From assembly GCA_937892095.1 (NCBI GenBank), contig CALAVC010000224.1, positions 49,893 to 113,892 on the forward strand: a DNA stretch of 64,000 nt. Direction: 5' to 3'. The translations under genes and the position numbers were made by a program. Below the pieces are notes generated by a model. That model was not told where the DNA came from. It saw only the letters and a list, made by a program, of their open reading frames with translations, and did not search any database. Origin of the DNA: an uncultured Bacteroidales bacterium. Its GTDB lineage: Bacteria; Bacteroidota; Bacteroidia; Bacteroidales; Marinilabiliaceae. Positions 1-8,244 of the stretch are shown here, in pieces. The number at the start of each line of letters is the position of its first letter. Within the stretch, counting starts at the first letter, position 1.

Positions 1-1
1 A

Positions 2-127
2 TTTCAAGACTTCAAGGGTGTCGAAGCTATTCGTTTGGCTACTATCGACGAACTTACAAATAGTATTGGAAAAGCCAAGTCTACTATCGTTTTTGAATAT
101 TTTCACCCTATATCTTCTTACGAATAG
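2..127 (+). CDS. 3' end of a gene entering from the left edge; tail resembles the C-terminal helix-hairpin-helix region of excinuclease ABC subunit C (UvrC)
   Basis: Frame 2 reads FQDFKGVEAIRLATIDELTNSIGKAKSTIVFEYFHPISSYE and stops at TAG 125-127. The G-V-x-x-I...A-T-x-x-E-L...I-G pattern is HhH-like. Only 41 aa are visible. Confidence 0.4.
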   Translation, partial: FQDFKGVEAIRLATIDELTNSIGKAKSTIVFEYFHPISSYE

Positions 128-156
128 TAAGAATTTGCAGTGTTCCACGAGAAACG

Positions 157-936
157 CTACCCCACAAAGCGACTTCTAAAACTTCTAATTCTATCGCCTA
201 TAGACGCATTATGCTTTTCTGCAATTTGTTCGGTTATGTCAATATTCGTGGCTAAGCTCGTGCAAAAATGAGAAAGACTAATATTTGCTGCCACTGGTTC
301 ATTATATCCATTTCCGTTTGGTATCCGTACAAGACTTTTGCGTGGGTAAACAAACGGACTATTCCTTCCTGCCGACGACAAAGCTAATCTTTCTACTAAA
401 CCAACATCTTTTCTGTTTAGAATCTTATAATACAAATCGTTTCCACATTCCGTAAGCGTTGTTCGCTTACTCTTGTTACGTAATATTTCTTTTGACATCT
501 CTATATTTTTCAACCTCTTTTGCCACATATTTCGCCACGTGCCGTATGAAAGCAAATTAGGTCTGTAGCTCATGTAGGTAGAAAACTGATAATCAAGTGG
601 CATATCTATATTGTCGGCATACCCACATATTCCCATCACACCTCTTTTATCATAAAAGTCTAACGCCGAATTCATATATCTAAGGATAAATGCCGACACG
701 TCTACTTGTTCGCTAATTATTATAAGTCGCTCATTTTCACTGAGTATACTATCGATATTCTCTTCAACATTCTCTCCACTAAGCCTAACCACTTTGTCAA
801 ATAATTTGCAGTCTGTAATGTCTGCTGTTGTATACAGAGTTGTACGATTGGCCAATTCAGCCTTACTAATATTTTGTATAGCTATTTCTGTTCTCTGTGC
901 TGCAGAATCGGATAAGAGTAAAACAGGTGTATTCAT
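157..936 (-). CDS. hypothetical protein (259 aa), no family recognised, lower GC than neighbours
   Basis: Uninterrupted 259-aa ORF with no competing ORF on the other strand. No signal peptide or TM segment is obvious. A hand count of 157-276 gives 47/120 G+C, against 57/120 at 13396-13515. Confidence 0.6.
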   Translation of the reverse strand: MNTPVLLLSDSAAQRTEIAIQNISKAELANRTTLYTTADITDCKLFDKVVRLSGENVEENIDSILSENERLIIISEQVDVSAFILRYMNSALDFYDKRGVMGICGYADNIDMPLDYQFSTYMSYRPNLLSYGTWRNMWQKRLKNIEMSKEILRNKSKRTTLTECGNDLYYKILNRKDVGLVERLALSSAGRNSPFVYPRKSLVRIPNGNGYNEPVAANISLSHFCTSLATNIDITEQIAEKHNASIGDRIRSFRSRFVG

Positions 937-1094
937 TGTGTTTAATTACATTATATAATATATTTCTTGTGTTTGCTTACAAAAATAAGTGTTCGGGCTT
1001 TAATTTTTTACAAACTATAATTTAATTTCTCTTTTCTACGATAAGCCCAATATAGCGAAGTGAATAAAAGTAACGAAAATTTAAATATTTTATG

Positions 1095-1102
1095 TAAATT
1101 TG
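1095..1102 (+). promoter_or_regulatory. candidate Bacteroidota -7 promoter box (TAAATTTG) for the gene starting at 1144
   Basis: Exact match to the TAnnTTTG consensus, 42 nt upstream of the ATG. No clear -33 TTTG was seen. Confidence 0.35.
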
Positions 1103-1143
1103 CACTCCAAACAAAAAGTAGGGATTAAATAAATTAATTTAGG

Positions 1144-1959
1144 TTGATGGATAAGCCCAATGTTCTCTACGTCTCGCAAGAGATTTTTCCTTATTTGCCC
1201 GAATCTCCAATAGCCAAACTTACCAGAGTTTTGCCACAGTCGGTCACTGAAAAGGGTAATGAGATACGCACTTTCATGCCGCGTTTTGGCAATGTCAATG
1301 AAAGGCGCAATCAGCTCCACGAAGTTATTCGTCTTTCGGGTCTTAATGTCGTCATCGACGACACCGACCACCCATTAATAATAAAAGTCGCCAGCATTCA
1401 GGCTGCGCGCATGCAAATCTATTTTATCGACAACGAAGATTTCTTTGCTCGTAAGGCAACCGTGCGCGACTCCGAAGGTAAAGAGTTCGACGATAACGAC
1501 GAACGTGCCATATTCTTTGCTCGCGGTGTGCTTGAGACAACCAAAAAACTCCGTTGGATACCAGACGTAGTGCATTTGCACGGTTGGTTCACAATGATTA
1601 TCCCAATCTTCTTGCGATTCTTTATGCAAGACGACCCTGCTTTTAAAGATTGTAAGATAATCGTCTCGCTACACGATGAGGGTTTCTCAAGTACGTGGAA
1701 CGACCTCAACAAGAAAATATGGGTGGAGGGAATTAACGAAAAGGAACTAAAAAAACTCCAGATTACCGACTTTACTTCGCTAATGAAAACCGCCATCGAC
1801 CTTGCCGACGGCGTAACCATTTGTAGCGAAAACGCTTCTGCCGAGCTAATCGACTATGCTCGCTTGTCTGGCAAGCCCGTTCTCGACTATCCAGGCGAAG
1901 TGCCCGACGCAACCCCTAAATATCTCGACTTTTACAACCTTATCAAGGGACAGAAATAA
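1144..1959 (+). CDS. short glycogen/starch-synthase-like protein (GT5 N-terminal domain family, ~270 aa form common in Bacteroidota)
   Basis: N-terminus NVLYVSQEIFPYLPESPIAKLTRVLPQSVTEKGNEIRTFMPRFG and the later DVVHLHGW motif are typical of the starch synthase catalytic domain. Length is 271 aa. Confidence 0.7.
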   Translation: MMDKPNVLYVSQEIFPYLPESPIAKLTRVLPQSVTEKGNEIRTFMPRFGNVNERRNQLHEVIRLSGLNVVIDDTDHPLIIKVASIQAARMQIYFIDNEDFFARKATVRDSEGKEFDDNDERAIFFARGVLETTKKLRWIPDVVHLHGWFTMIIPIFLRFFMQDDPAFKDCKIIVSLHDEGFSSTWNDLNKKIWVEGINEKELKKLQITDFTSLMKTAIDLADGVTICSENASAELIDYARLSGKPVLDYPGEVPDATPKYLDFYNLIKGQK

Positions 1960-1995
1960 CTACTTGATTTTTAAAGCTTTAACAGCCGTAAGGAC

Positions 1996-3087
1996 TCATT
2001 CCCTACGGCTGTTTTCTATGTGTATCAGTGCACAATTACCCACTCTTTGTGTGTCATATTTCAATCCTCTTGTTGTAATTTTGGGAGCTACTACTCCATC
2101 AAAAAGAAGTTTATCGGCACAAAAGACGTATGCTTCGTCCCACACATTACTATCAATAAAGCTCTGTAACGTCGTTTTTCCGCCTTCGATTACTACTGAC
2201 TGTATTCCTGTCTCGGCAGAAGTTTTTAGTACGTTTATGACCGTTTTACGCATATCTGTACAGCTGGTTAATTGCACGTAGCGTACATTATCAACCTCAC
2301 AACTATTTAGCTTGCCAAAAACTATTGTTTTCCCACCATCGGTAAGTAACTTGGAGTCCGATGGGATTCGGTTATTTGGGTCTATAACCAATCGTATGGG
2401 GTCTTTCCCTGTCCACAGACGCGTCGTTAGGCTCGGATTGTCAACAGCAACTGTTGTCGCACCCACAAGAATGGCATCGTTTGTCGCGCGCAGTCGGTGA
2501 GACAAACGTCTACACTCTATATCGCTAATTTCGGTCGGCATGGGTTGCCCAGCAGTATTGCGAAGTCCAATATAGCCATCGGCACTCTGTGCCCATTTGA
2601 GCGTAACGTAAGGTCGCCGAAGCTCATTGTAGCAAAAGAAACGTCGATTAAGCTGTCTGCATTCGTTTTCCAAAATGCCTACAGTTACTTCTATACCAGC
2701 CTTGCGGATAATATCTATTCCTCGCCCACTTACTTTAGAAAAAGTGTCTTTGCAGCCAACCACTACGCGCTTAAAGCCTGTGCGGACAATCAACTCTGCG
2801 CATGGTGGAGTACGTCCATAGTGAGCGCATGGCTCAAGACTGACGTATATGGTGCTATGTCTTAGCAACTCAACGTCTGTGTTGCTTACCGAGCGCACAG
2901 CATTTACTTCGGCGTGTGGTTCTCCAGCTCTGTGGTGCCAACCCTCGCCTATGATGCGTCCATCGCACACAATTACGGCTCCAACCATAGGGTTCGGACT
3001 CGTCTGCCCCTCGGCACATAACGCCAATTCGATGCACCGACGCATATATTTTTCGTCTGCCGTTTGTTCTCTATCTTTGTCTGTCAT
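1996..3087 (-). CDS. ribD: bifunctional diaminohydroxyphosphoribosylaminopyrimidine deaminase / 5-amino-6-(5-phosphoribosylamino)uracil reductase
   Basis: CMP/dCMP-type zinc motifs HAEVNA and PCAHYGRTPPC sit in the N-terminal half. The C-terminal RibD reductase-like half contains YVTLKWAQSADGYIG. Length is 363 aa. Confidence 0.93.
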   Translation of the reverse strand: MTDKDREQTADEKYMRRCIELALCAEGQTSPNPMVGAVIVCDGRIIGEGWHHRAGEPHAEVNAVRSVSNTDVELLRHSTIYVSLEPCAHYGRTPPCAELIVRTGFKRVVVGCKDTFSKVSGRGIDIIRKAGIEVTVGILENECRQLNRRFFCYNELRRPYVTLKWAQSADGYIGLRNTAGQPMPTEISDIECRRLSHRLRATNDAILVGATTVAVDNPSLTTRLWTGKDPIRLVIDPNNRIPSDSKLLTDGGKTIVFGKLNSCEVDNVRYVQLTSCTDMRKTVINVLKTSAETGIQSVVIEGGKTTLQSFIDSNVWDEAYVFCADKLLFDGVVAPKITTRGLKYDTQRVGNCALIHIENSRRE

Positions 3088-3102
3088 ATATAGTTATTTT
3101 GC

Positions 3103-3945
3103 ATGTCTACTCTCTGTCAAATCAGGCGACACATTGCTTCTCGTCTTGCTGAGGCGGGCAATCAAGAATCTGAAAGCATCGCTCGGTTGTTGCTTGCCGA
3201 CACTCTCAATCTTAGCCTAACCGACATATTTGTCAAGTCCGACCTCACACTCGACAAAGACACCGAAAGCCATTTGGAGACTTGTCTCAATAGATTGCTA
3301 TCTGGCGAGCCTTTGCAATATGTGGTGGGTTCTACAGTCTTCTGTGGGCTTACGCTTGCCGTCGGACAAGGTGTGCTCATTCCGCGTCCAGAGACCGAAG
3401 AACTTGTTGGTTGGGTAGTCTCCGACTTGAATAAGAAAGGGCAGGGTAGGGTAGTAGATCTTTGCACAGGCTCAGGTTGTATAGCACTCAGTATTAAGCA
3501 TTTATTACCACAAATGTCTGTTTGCGGTGTCGATGTTTCGTCGGTCGCACTTGCCTATGCCCAGCGCAATGCCACTACATTGTCTCTCGACGTATCTTTT
3601 ACTCAGGCCAATATTCTTGACCCCAATTACTCTCTTCCTACAAATGTAAGTGTCGTTGTCAGCAACCCTCCCTACGTACGCATGTCTGAAGCAGCTGAAA
3701 TGTCGTCCGTTGTTCTCGATAACGAACCGCACGAAGCTCTTTTCGTTCCCGATACCGACCCACTCATTTTCTATCGTCTCATTGGTCGGCTTTGCGTTTC
3801 GGCACACGCCGATTTCTATGCCGAAGTCAACGAAGCTTTTGCTACCGAACTTGTATCTCTTCTTACCACCATGGGCTTTTGCTCTGTCGAAGTGCGACAA
3901 GACTTCACTGGTCGCCCACGTATGATAAGATGTCTTATATCCTAA
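3103..3945 (+). CDS. prmC: peptide chain release factor N5-glutamine methyltransferase
   Basis: SAM motif VVDLCTGSGCIAL, catalytic NPPY (VVSNPPYV) and the HemK-type PLQYVVG motif. Length is 280 aa. Confidence 0.9.
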   Translation: MSTLCQIRRHIASRLAEAGNQESESIARLLLADTLNLSLTDIFVKSDLTLDKDTESHLETCLNRLLSGEPLQYVVGSTVFCGLTLAVGQGVLIPRPETEELVGWVVSDLNKKGQGRVVDLCTGSGCIALSIKHLLPQMSVCGVDVSSVALAYAQRNATTLSLDVSFTQANILDPNYSLPTNVSVVVSNPPYVRMSEAAEMSSVVLDNEPHEALFVPDTDPLIFYRLIGRLCVSAHADFYAEVNEAFATELVSLLTTMGFCSVEVRQDFTGRPRMIRCLIS

Positions 3946-4534
3946 TAGGCACATCGCGTAGCTTGTTGTCTACCATTGTTTGCAACTCTTTGTAGAATGC
4001 AAAAAACTGTTGGCGTATAGTGTCATAATTAGCTTTCACAATTTTGACAGCTTCTTTTGTATGGTCTGGTAGCGATGTATTGCGAGTCATCACACTGAGT
4101 GCACGTCCAAGCCCTTCGGTTGTCGAATAGTCTTCAAGACGACGACTCTTGATTAAGAATGGCAACAACTTGCGCATCTTGCCCGGCATCCTGAAATAAT
4201 TGATTAGCAACACTTTCTGTGCCTTTGCCACAAATCTATGCAGTTCGATATTGGGATACACCTCAATCCAGTTTGCTGCCAAAAAATGGTCGTATGTCAT
4301 GTCGCAAAGAATCCCTGCATAGTGCCTATAAAGCGGTCGAAAATAATCAGATGTCTCTTTTGCTATGGCGTGTGTATCAGTAAAATAATCTATCTGTCTG
4401 TGGAGCAACAGCCCCATGCGCACACGCGGACTATACCTTTCGTAGTCGCTTCCCTTTACGCAGTCGCCAATAAAATTGCCCAGCATGACATCCGGGTCGA
4501 AGTGCGACAACGCTAAGTGTGCCAAGTAATTCAT
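3935..4534 (-). CDS. acpH: acyl carrier protein phosphodiesterase
   Basis: From the internal ATG (4532-4534) the protein starts MNYLAHLALSHFDPDVMLGNFIGDCVKG...LHRQIDYFTDTH, close to the AcpH N-terminus remembered from E. coli. The 22 aa upstream in the ORF track are probably not translated. Confidence 0.75.
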   Translation of the reverse strand: MNYLAHLALSHFDPDVMLGNFIGDCVKGSDYERYSPRVRMGLLLHRQIDYFTDTHAIAKETSDYFRPLYRHYAGILCDMTYDHFLAANWIEVYPNIELHRFVAKAQKVLLINYFRMPGKMRKLLPFLIKSRRLEDYSTTEGLGRALSVMTRNTSLPDHTKEAVKIVKANYDTIRQQFFAFYKELQTMVDNKLRDVPIRI

Positions 4535-4616
4535 TAGTATCTTATTGTGTATGGTGGCAAGCAAACATAACGAAAATAAACCGTAAATTAGCACTATCAA
4601 TCAATTTCAATTCAAT

Positions 4617-4934
4617 ATGATAGAACAACTTAACGACGAGACGTTCAAGACGGAAGTACTGGCCAAGCCTGGTATTGCCGTTGTCGATTTTTGGGCAGGA
4701 TGGTGTGGTCCGTGCCGTATGCTTGCTCCGCATATTGAGGCGCTTGCCAACGATTTCGCTGGTCAGGCACGTGTCTATAAGCTCGATGTTGAAGTAGGAC
4801 AAGAGACAGCAGTTGCCATGGGCATAATGAACATCCCTTGCGTCATCTTCTTCAAAGACGGCAAAGTAGTCGACAAGAGCATAGGCCTTGTGCCTAAAGA
4901 GGTTCTTGCCAACAAACTACGTCCACTGCTCTAA
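4617..4934 (+). CDS. trxA: thioredoxin
   Basis: 105 aa with VVDFWAGWCGPCRMLAP, containing the WCGPC active site. Confidence 0.95.
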   Translation: MIEQLNDETFKTEVLAKPGIAVVDFWAGWCGPCRMLAPHIEALANDFAGQARVYKLDVEVGQETAVAMGIMNIPCVIFFKDGKVVDKSIGLVPKEVLANKLRPLL

Positions 4935-4959
4935 AAGAAAGCATTAACCCATAAAAAAA

Positions 4960-4990
4960 GAGTTGCCAAATATGACTTGGCAACTCTTTT
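4960..4990. terminator. bidirectional intrinsic terminator between convergent trxA and secG
   Basis: Perfect 10-bp stem gagttgccaa / ttggcaactc with a 7-nt loop. An A-run lies upstream and TTTT downstream. Confidence 0.75.
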
Positions 4991-5013
4991 CATGTAAATA
5001 AAACTCTATTTTC

Positions 5014-5370
5014 CTATTCTGCAGCAGGAGTCTCAGCAACAGGAGCTTCTGTAGCAGCAGGCTGAGCGTCAAATTGCTGAGTTGCCTGACCCATGCCACG
5101 GCTATTTTCAATCAGTTGGTCCACATCCGATTCGGTAGCCATTTCACGTGTAGGTATAAAAGCTACCGAGGCAAGCGAAAAGACTAACAATGCAATTGCC
5201 AATCCCCATGTTGCTTTTTCTATGAAGTCGGTCGATTTGCGAACACCCATAAGTTGCGTTTGGCTTGCAAAATTTTGGTTCAGACCACCACCCTTAGAGC
5301 GTTGTGCCAATACCGCAAAGACCATTAATATGCTGGCGACTATCATCGCCACGACTACGACATTGAACAT
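5014..5370 (-). CDS. secG: preprotein translocase subunit SecG
   Basis: 118 aa with two TM segments and the motif LAQRSKGGGL after TM1. The tail is Ala/Glu/Pro-rich. Confidence 0.8.
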   Translation of the reverse strand: MFNVVVVAMIVASILMVFAVLAQRSKGGGLNQNFASQTQLMGVRKSTDFIEKATWGLAIALLVFSLASVAFIPTREMATESDVDQLIENSRGMGQATQQFDAQPAATEAPVAETPAAE

Positions 5371-5385
5371 TTTAGTTGCTGTTTT

Positions 5386-6270
5386 TTATTGATTATCAGA
5401 CAAATTTGAAATACAAACCGCAAAATAACTACTTTTTTGTGGGAATTTCAAACTTAGTTTTTTGTATATGTTAATGGCTTTCGCTGTTTTTTCTTTAGCC
5501 TTGGCTATGTCGCCGTTCTGTCTGTCTGTCTCGGCTTGCTTCGAGAGTATCTTTGCAAGTGTCTCTGTAAAGAAGGTTTCGTCTTCTGCCGAATCCTCTT
5601 CCTCCTCGTCGTCATTGTTCGCCACGGGCACTGTGGGAAGCACTTCCTCTTCTTTTGCCTGACCGAATTTTATTTGCTCGTCATCTTGAAGTATAAACCT
5701 GTCAATGAGGTCAGAATGTTGCTTTTGCCGTTCCTGATTGTCGTTCTGCTCGCTAATCGTTTCTCTGCTCGCAATGTAGTCTATCCAGTCTGCAAAAGTA
5801 TATTTCTCTGTCGGACGACCTATCTTGTCGCTCAGCAAACTCTCTATGTCGAACGCCATTGCCGACTGAGAAAGCAACTCATCTGTGTCCGTAACATTTT
5901 CTGTCTCCAACAAATCTTGCATTTCGGTTTGCACGCCGAAGTCGAGAATCTCTATTTTCGGAGCCTGTTTTTGAGTCTCTACTTCTGTCTCAACAGTCTG
6001 ATTCTCAATCTGTTGCTGTTCTTTTGGGGCTTCTTTTGGTGCAGAGTGTAGTAGCCAAAATAGGCTCGCCCTATCCCAAATGTGCACCGACGACTCGCGT
6101 AAAATCTGAGTAAACTCTATGCTCCGACTGTCGTGCAATGCTTTTATGAGTAGCATTCGCCCAGCATGAAAATATGGGTACTTACCCACGATATCTTTCA
6201 AGTTGCTAACCTCATCGTTCGTCGACAATGTCTGCCGACGTAGCATTTCATAAAACGTATCTCTGTTCAT
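5386..6270 (-). CDS. conserved hypothetical protein with acidic middle region and TPR-like C-terminus
   Basis: 294-aa ORF lying between the LptE-like gene and secG. Contains a D/E-rich stretch (NNDDEEEEDSAEDE). The C-terminal AKAINIYKKLSLKFPQKSSYF is TPR-like. Confidence 0.6.
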   Translation of the reverse strand: MNRDTFYEMLRRQTLSTNDEVSNLKDIVGKYPYFHAGRMLLIKALHDSRSIEFTQILRESSVHIWDRASLFWLLHSAPKEAPKEQQQIENQTVETEVETQKQAPKIEILDFGVQTEMQDLLETENVTDTDELLSQSAMAFDIESLLSDKIGRPTEKYTFADWIDYIASRETISEQNDNQERQKQHSDLIDRFILQDDEQIKFGQAKEEEVLPTVPVANNDDEEEEDSAEDETFFTETLAKILSKQAETDRQNGDIAKAKEKTAKAINIYKKLSLKFPQKSSYFAVCISNLSDNQ

Positions 6271-6273
6271 ACG

Positions 6274-6801
6274 CTACCAATCGGCAAAGGCTTTGTTGAA
6301 AATGTTCTCTGTAAGCTCTTCTACAAGTTTTTCTACCAGTTCATCTTCCACGTCGGCAAGATTATTTTCAGAGTCGTAATCTTGATATGCACTAAACGTC
6401 TGTTCCCAGTCTTTGCGAGGGTCCTTACTATTCCTACACCTTATCTTGACGCCAACCGTTAGTCTTGTCTGTGCCGACACAGCATCAGCCTTCATGGCCA
6501 TCGGCTTAGTATTATACACGTTAATTTCGCCCGAAAAGTCTATGTCGCCTTGCTCGTTGACAAGTTGCAACCTACTTTCGTTCTGTATGCGGTCTTTTAG
6601 ACCCTCGGTAAGTGTTGTACTGAGCGACGGGTTGATAAGTGGAGCCCTATTGTTGATATATTGCACCGAAAATGTGTTCAGATTTTCAGGTATCGACGCA
6701 CCGCTCATTGTTATGCTAACCGTGCACGACGACACAATACTTGCCACCGCTAACATGCATATCATGAGCGTTTTCTTACATATCTTCCAAGCCATAGTCA
6801 T
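6274..6801 (-). CDS. LptE-like LPS-assembly lipoprotein
   Basis: Lipoprotein signal ...MICMLAVASIVSSC from the internal start MTMAWK at 6801. Size and position between a sigma-54 activator and secG match remembered Bacteroidota synteny. Family assignment is from memory only. Confidence 0.55.
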   Translation of the reverse strand: MTMAWKICKKTLMICMLAVASIVSSCTVSITMSGASIPENLNTFSVQYINNRAPLINPSLSTTLTEGLKDRIQNESRLQLVNEQGDIDFSGEINVYNTKPMAMKADAVSAQTRLTVGVKIRCRNSKDPRKDWEQTFSAYQDYDSENNLADVEDELVEKLVEELTENIFNKAFADW

Positions 6802-8095
6802 GTATTTTTCTGTATAGAGTACGCTCCGAAATCTGTAGTTCACGTGCTGCCTTCCGACGGCTACCTCCATTACGTTCCAGAGCTTTACATATCATTTCGC
6901 GCTCACCATCGGCAAGCGAATATGTCTGTTCGTCCACAATCTTTGCTTCCTTTGCTTCCGTCTCTGCTTCACTACGCACAGGGCTAACTTGCTCTGCATT
7001 AGCAATCTGACGACGAAAGTCGCCACCGCGCAAGTGTCCCACCTCGACGCTCATAATGTCTTCATCGGCCGGCATCTTGTTCATGCTTGCGATGTCGCTC
7101 GCTTCACTGTTTTTTGTGTCATATAGTCGCTCTATGACGCCAAGATCCTCCTGACCAATGTTGCCACCATTGCGAATCATGCCCAACACGAGTTTTTTAA
7201 GGTCTGTCATGTCGCGTCGCATGTCGAAAAGAACTTTATAGAGCAAGTCCCTATCGCTATTGTAGCTCTCGTGTGCACTGCCACCCACTTGTGGCAACAA
7301 TCCGTTCGAACTTTTCTTTTCGGGCAAGAATCGCAACATCTCGTCTGCACTCACCGTCCGTTCTTTGGCAAGAACAGTTACCTGCTCTGCCACATTTTTT
7401 AGCTGACGTACATTACCCGGCCAGTCGAACGACTGCAACACGTCTTGAGCACCTTCAGTAAGCCTCACTGGCGGAATGTGATTCTTATCTGCAAAGTCCG
7501 ACGTAAACTTATGAAAGAGTGCTGGGATGTCTGCCACGCGTTTTCGTAGTGGAGGTATGCGCAGCATTATGCCGTTAAGCCTGTAAAAAAGATCTTCGCG
7601 AAATTTGCCTTCGCCAATGGCTTTCTCGAGGTCTACATTTGTCGCCGCCACTATTCTGACGTCGGTTTTTTTTACCACGCTTGAGCCCACACGCATATAT
7701 TCGCCCTTTTCAAGCACTCGAAGCAACTTGGCCTGTGTTGCAAGTGGCAACTCGCCTATCTCGTCAAGAAAAATTGTGCCGCCGTCGGCCTCTTCAAAAT
7801 ATCCTCTTCGTTCGGCAAGTGCGCCCGTAAAGGCTCCTTTCTCGTGTCCAAAAAGTTCCGAATCTATTGTGCCTTCGGGTATGGCTCCGCAGTTGACAGC
7901 TACGTAGGTCTTATGCTTGCGCGAACTATATGCATGTATTATCTGTGGAAACGCTTCTTTGCCACTACCGCTTTCGCCTATTATGAGCACCGACAAGTGT
8001 ATGGGTGCCACGGCAACGGCTGTCTCTATGGTGTGGCATAGCTCGGCATCCTGACCTATTATGCCAAAGCGTGCTTTGATGTCTGTTATGTCCAT
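6776..8095 (-). CDS. sigma-54-dependent transcriptional activator (AAA+ domain plus C-terminal Fis-type HTH, no receiver domain)
   Basis: Walker A GESGSGKE, signature GAFTGA, Walker B IFLDEIGEL, and C-terminal HTH RKAARELQISERTLYRKI. The ATG at 8093-8095 is preferred over the TTG at 8116. Confidence 0.9.
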   Translation of the reverse strand: MDITDIKARFGIIGQDAELCHTIETAVAVAPIHLSVLIIGESGSGKEAFPQIIHAYSSRKHKTYVAVNCGAIPEGTIDSELFGHEKGAFTGALAERRGYFEEADGGTIFLDEIGELPLATQAKLLRVLEKGEYMRVGSSVVKKTDVRIVAATNVDLEKAIGEGKFREDLFYRLNGIMLRIPPLRKRVADIPALFHKFTSDFADKNHIPPVRLTEGAQDVLQSFDWPGNVRQLKNVAEQVTVLAKERTVSADEMLRFLPEKKSSNGLLPQVGGSAHESYNSDRDLLYKVLFDMRRDMTDLKKLVLGMIRNGGNIGQEDLGVIERLYDTKNSEASDIASMNKMPADEDIMSVEVGHLRGGDFRRQIANAEQVSPVRSEAETEAKEAKIVDEQTYSLADGEREMICKALERNGGSRRKAARELQISERTLYRKIHDYGLEDM

Positions 8096-8184
8096 TGGGG
8101 GGAATATTCTGTGCAATGCCCTTCACGACAAGGGCGACAATAAAAATATTATGTGCTAAGTTAAAGATTTTTCACGTAGCATAG

Positions 8185-8211
8185 AAAAACGAGTAGAGGC
8201 ATAGCCCCTAC
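8185..8211 (-). terminator. probable intrinsic terminator downstream of the OmpA-family gene
   Basis: On the minus strand, stem gtaggggc / gcctctac (one mismatch) with a 3-nt loop, followed by a T-rich run (tcgttttt). Confidence 0.45.
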
Positions 8212-8244
8212 CCGTCCACATGTTAGTATTGAGAATGATGACGC

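Noticed and set aside
3088-3102. FMN riboswitch or other leader upstream of ribD
   Set aside because: ribD and prmC diverge with only 15 nt between their start codons, so there is no room for a riboswitch.
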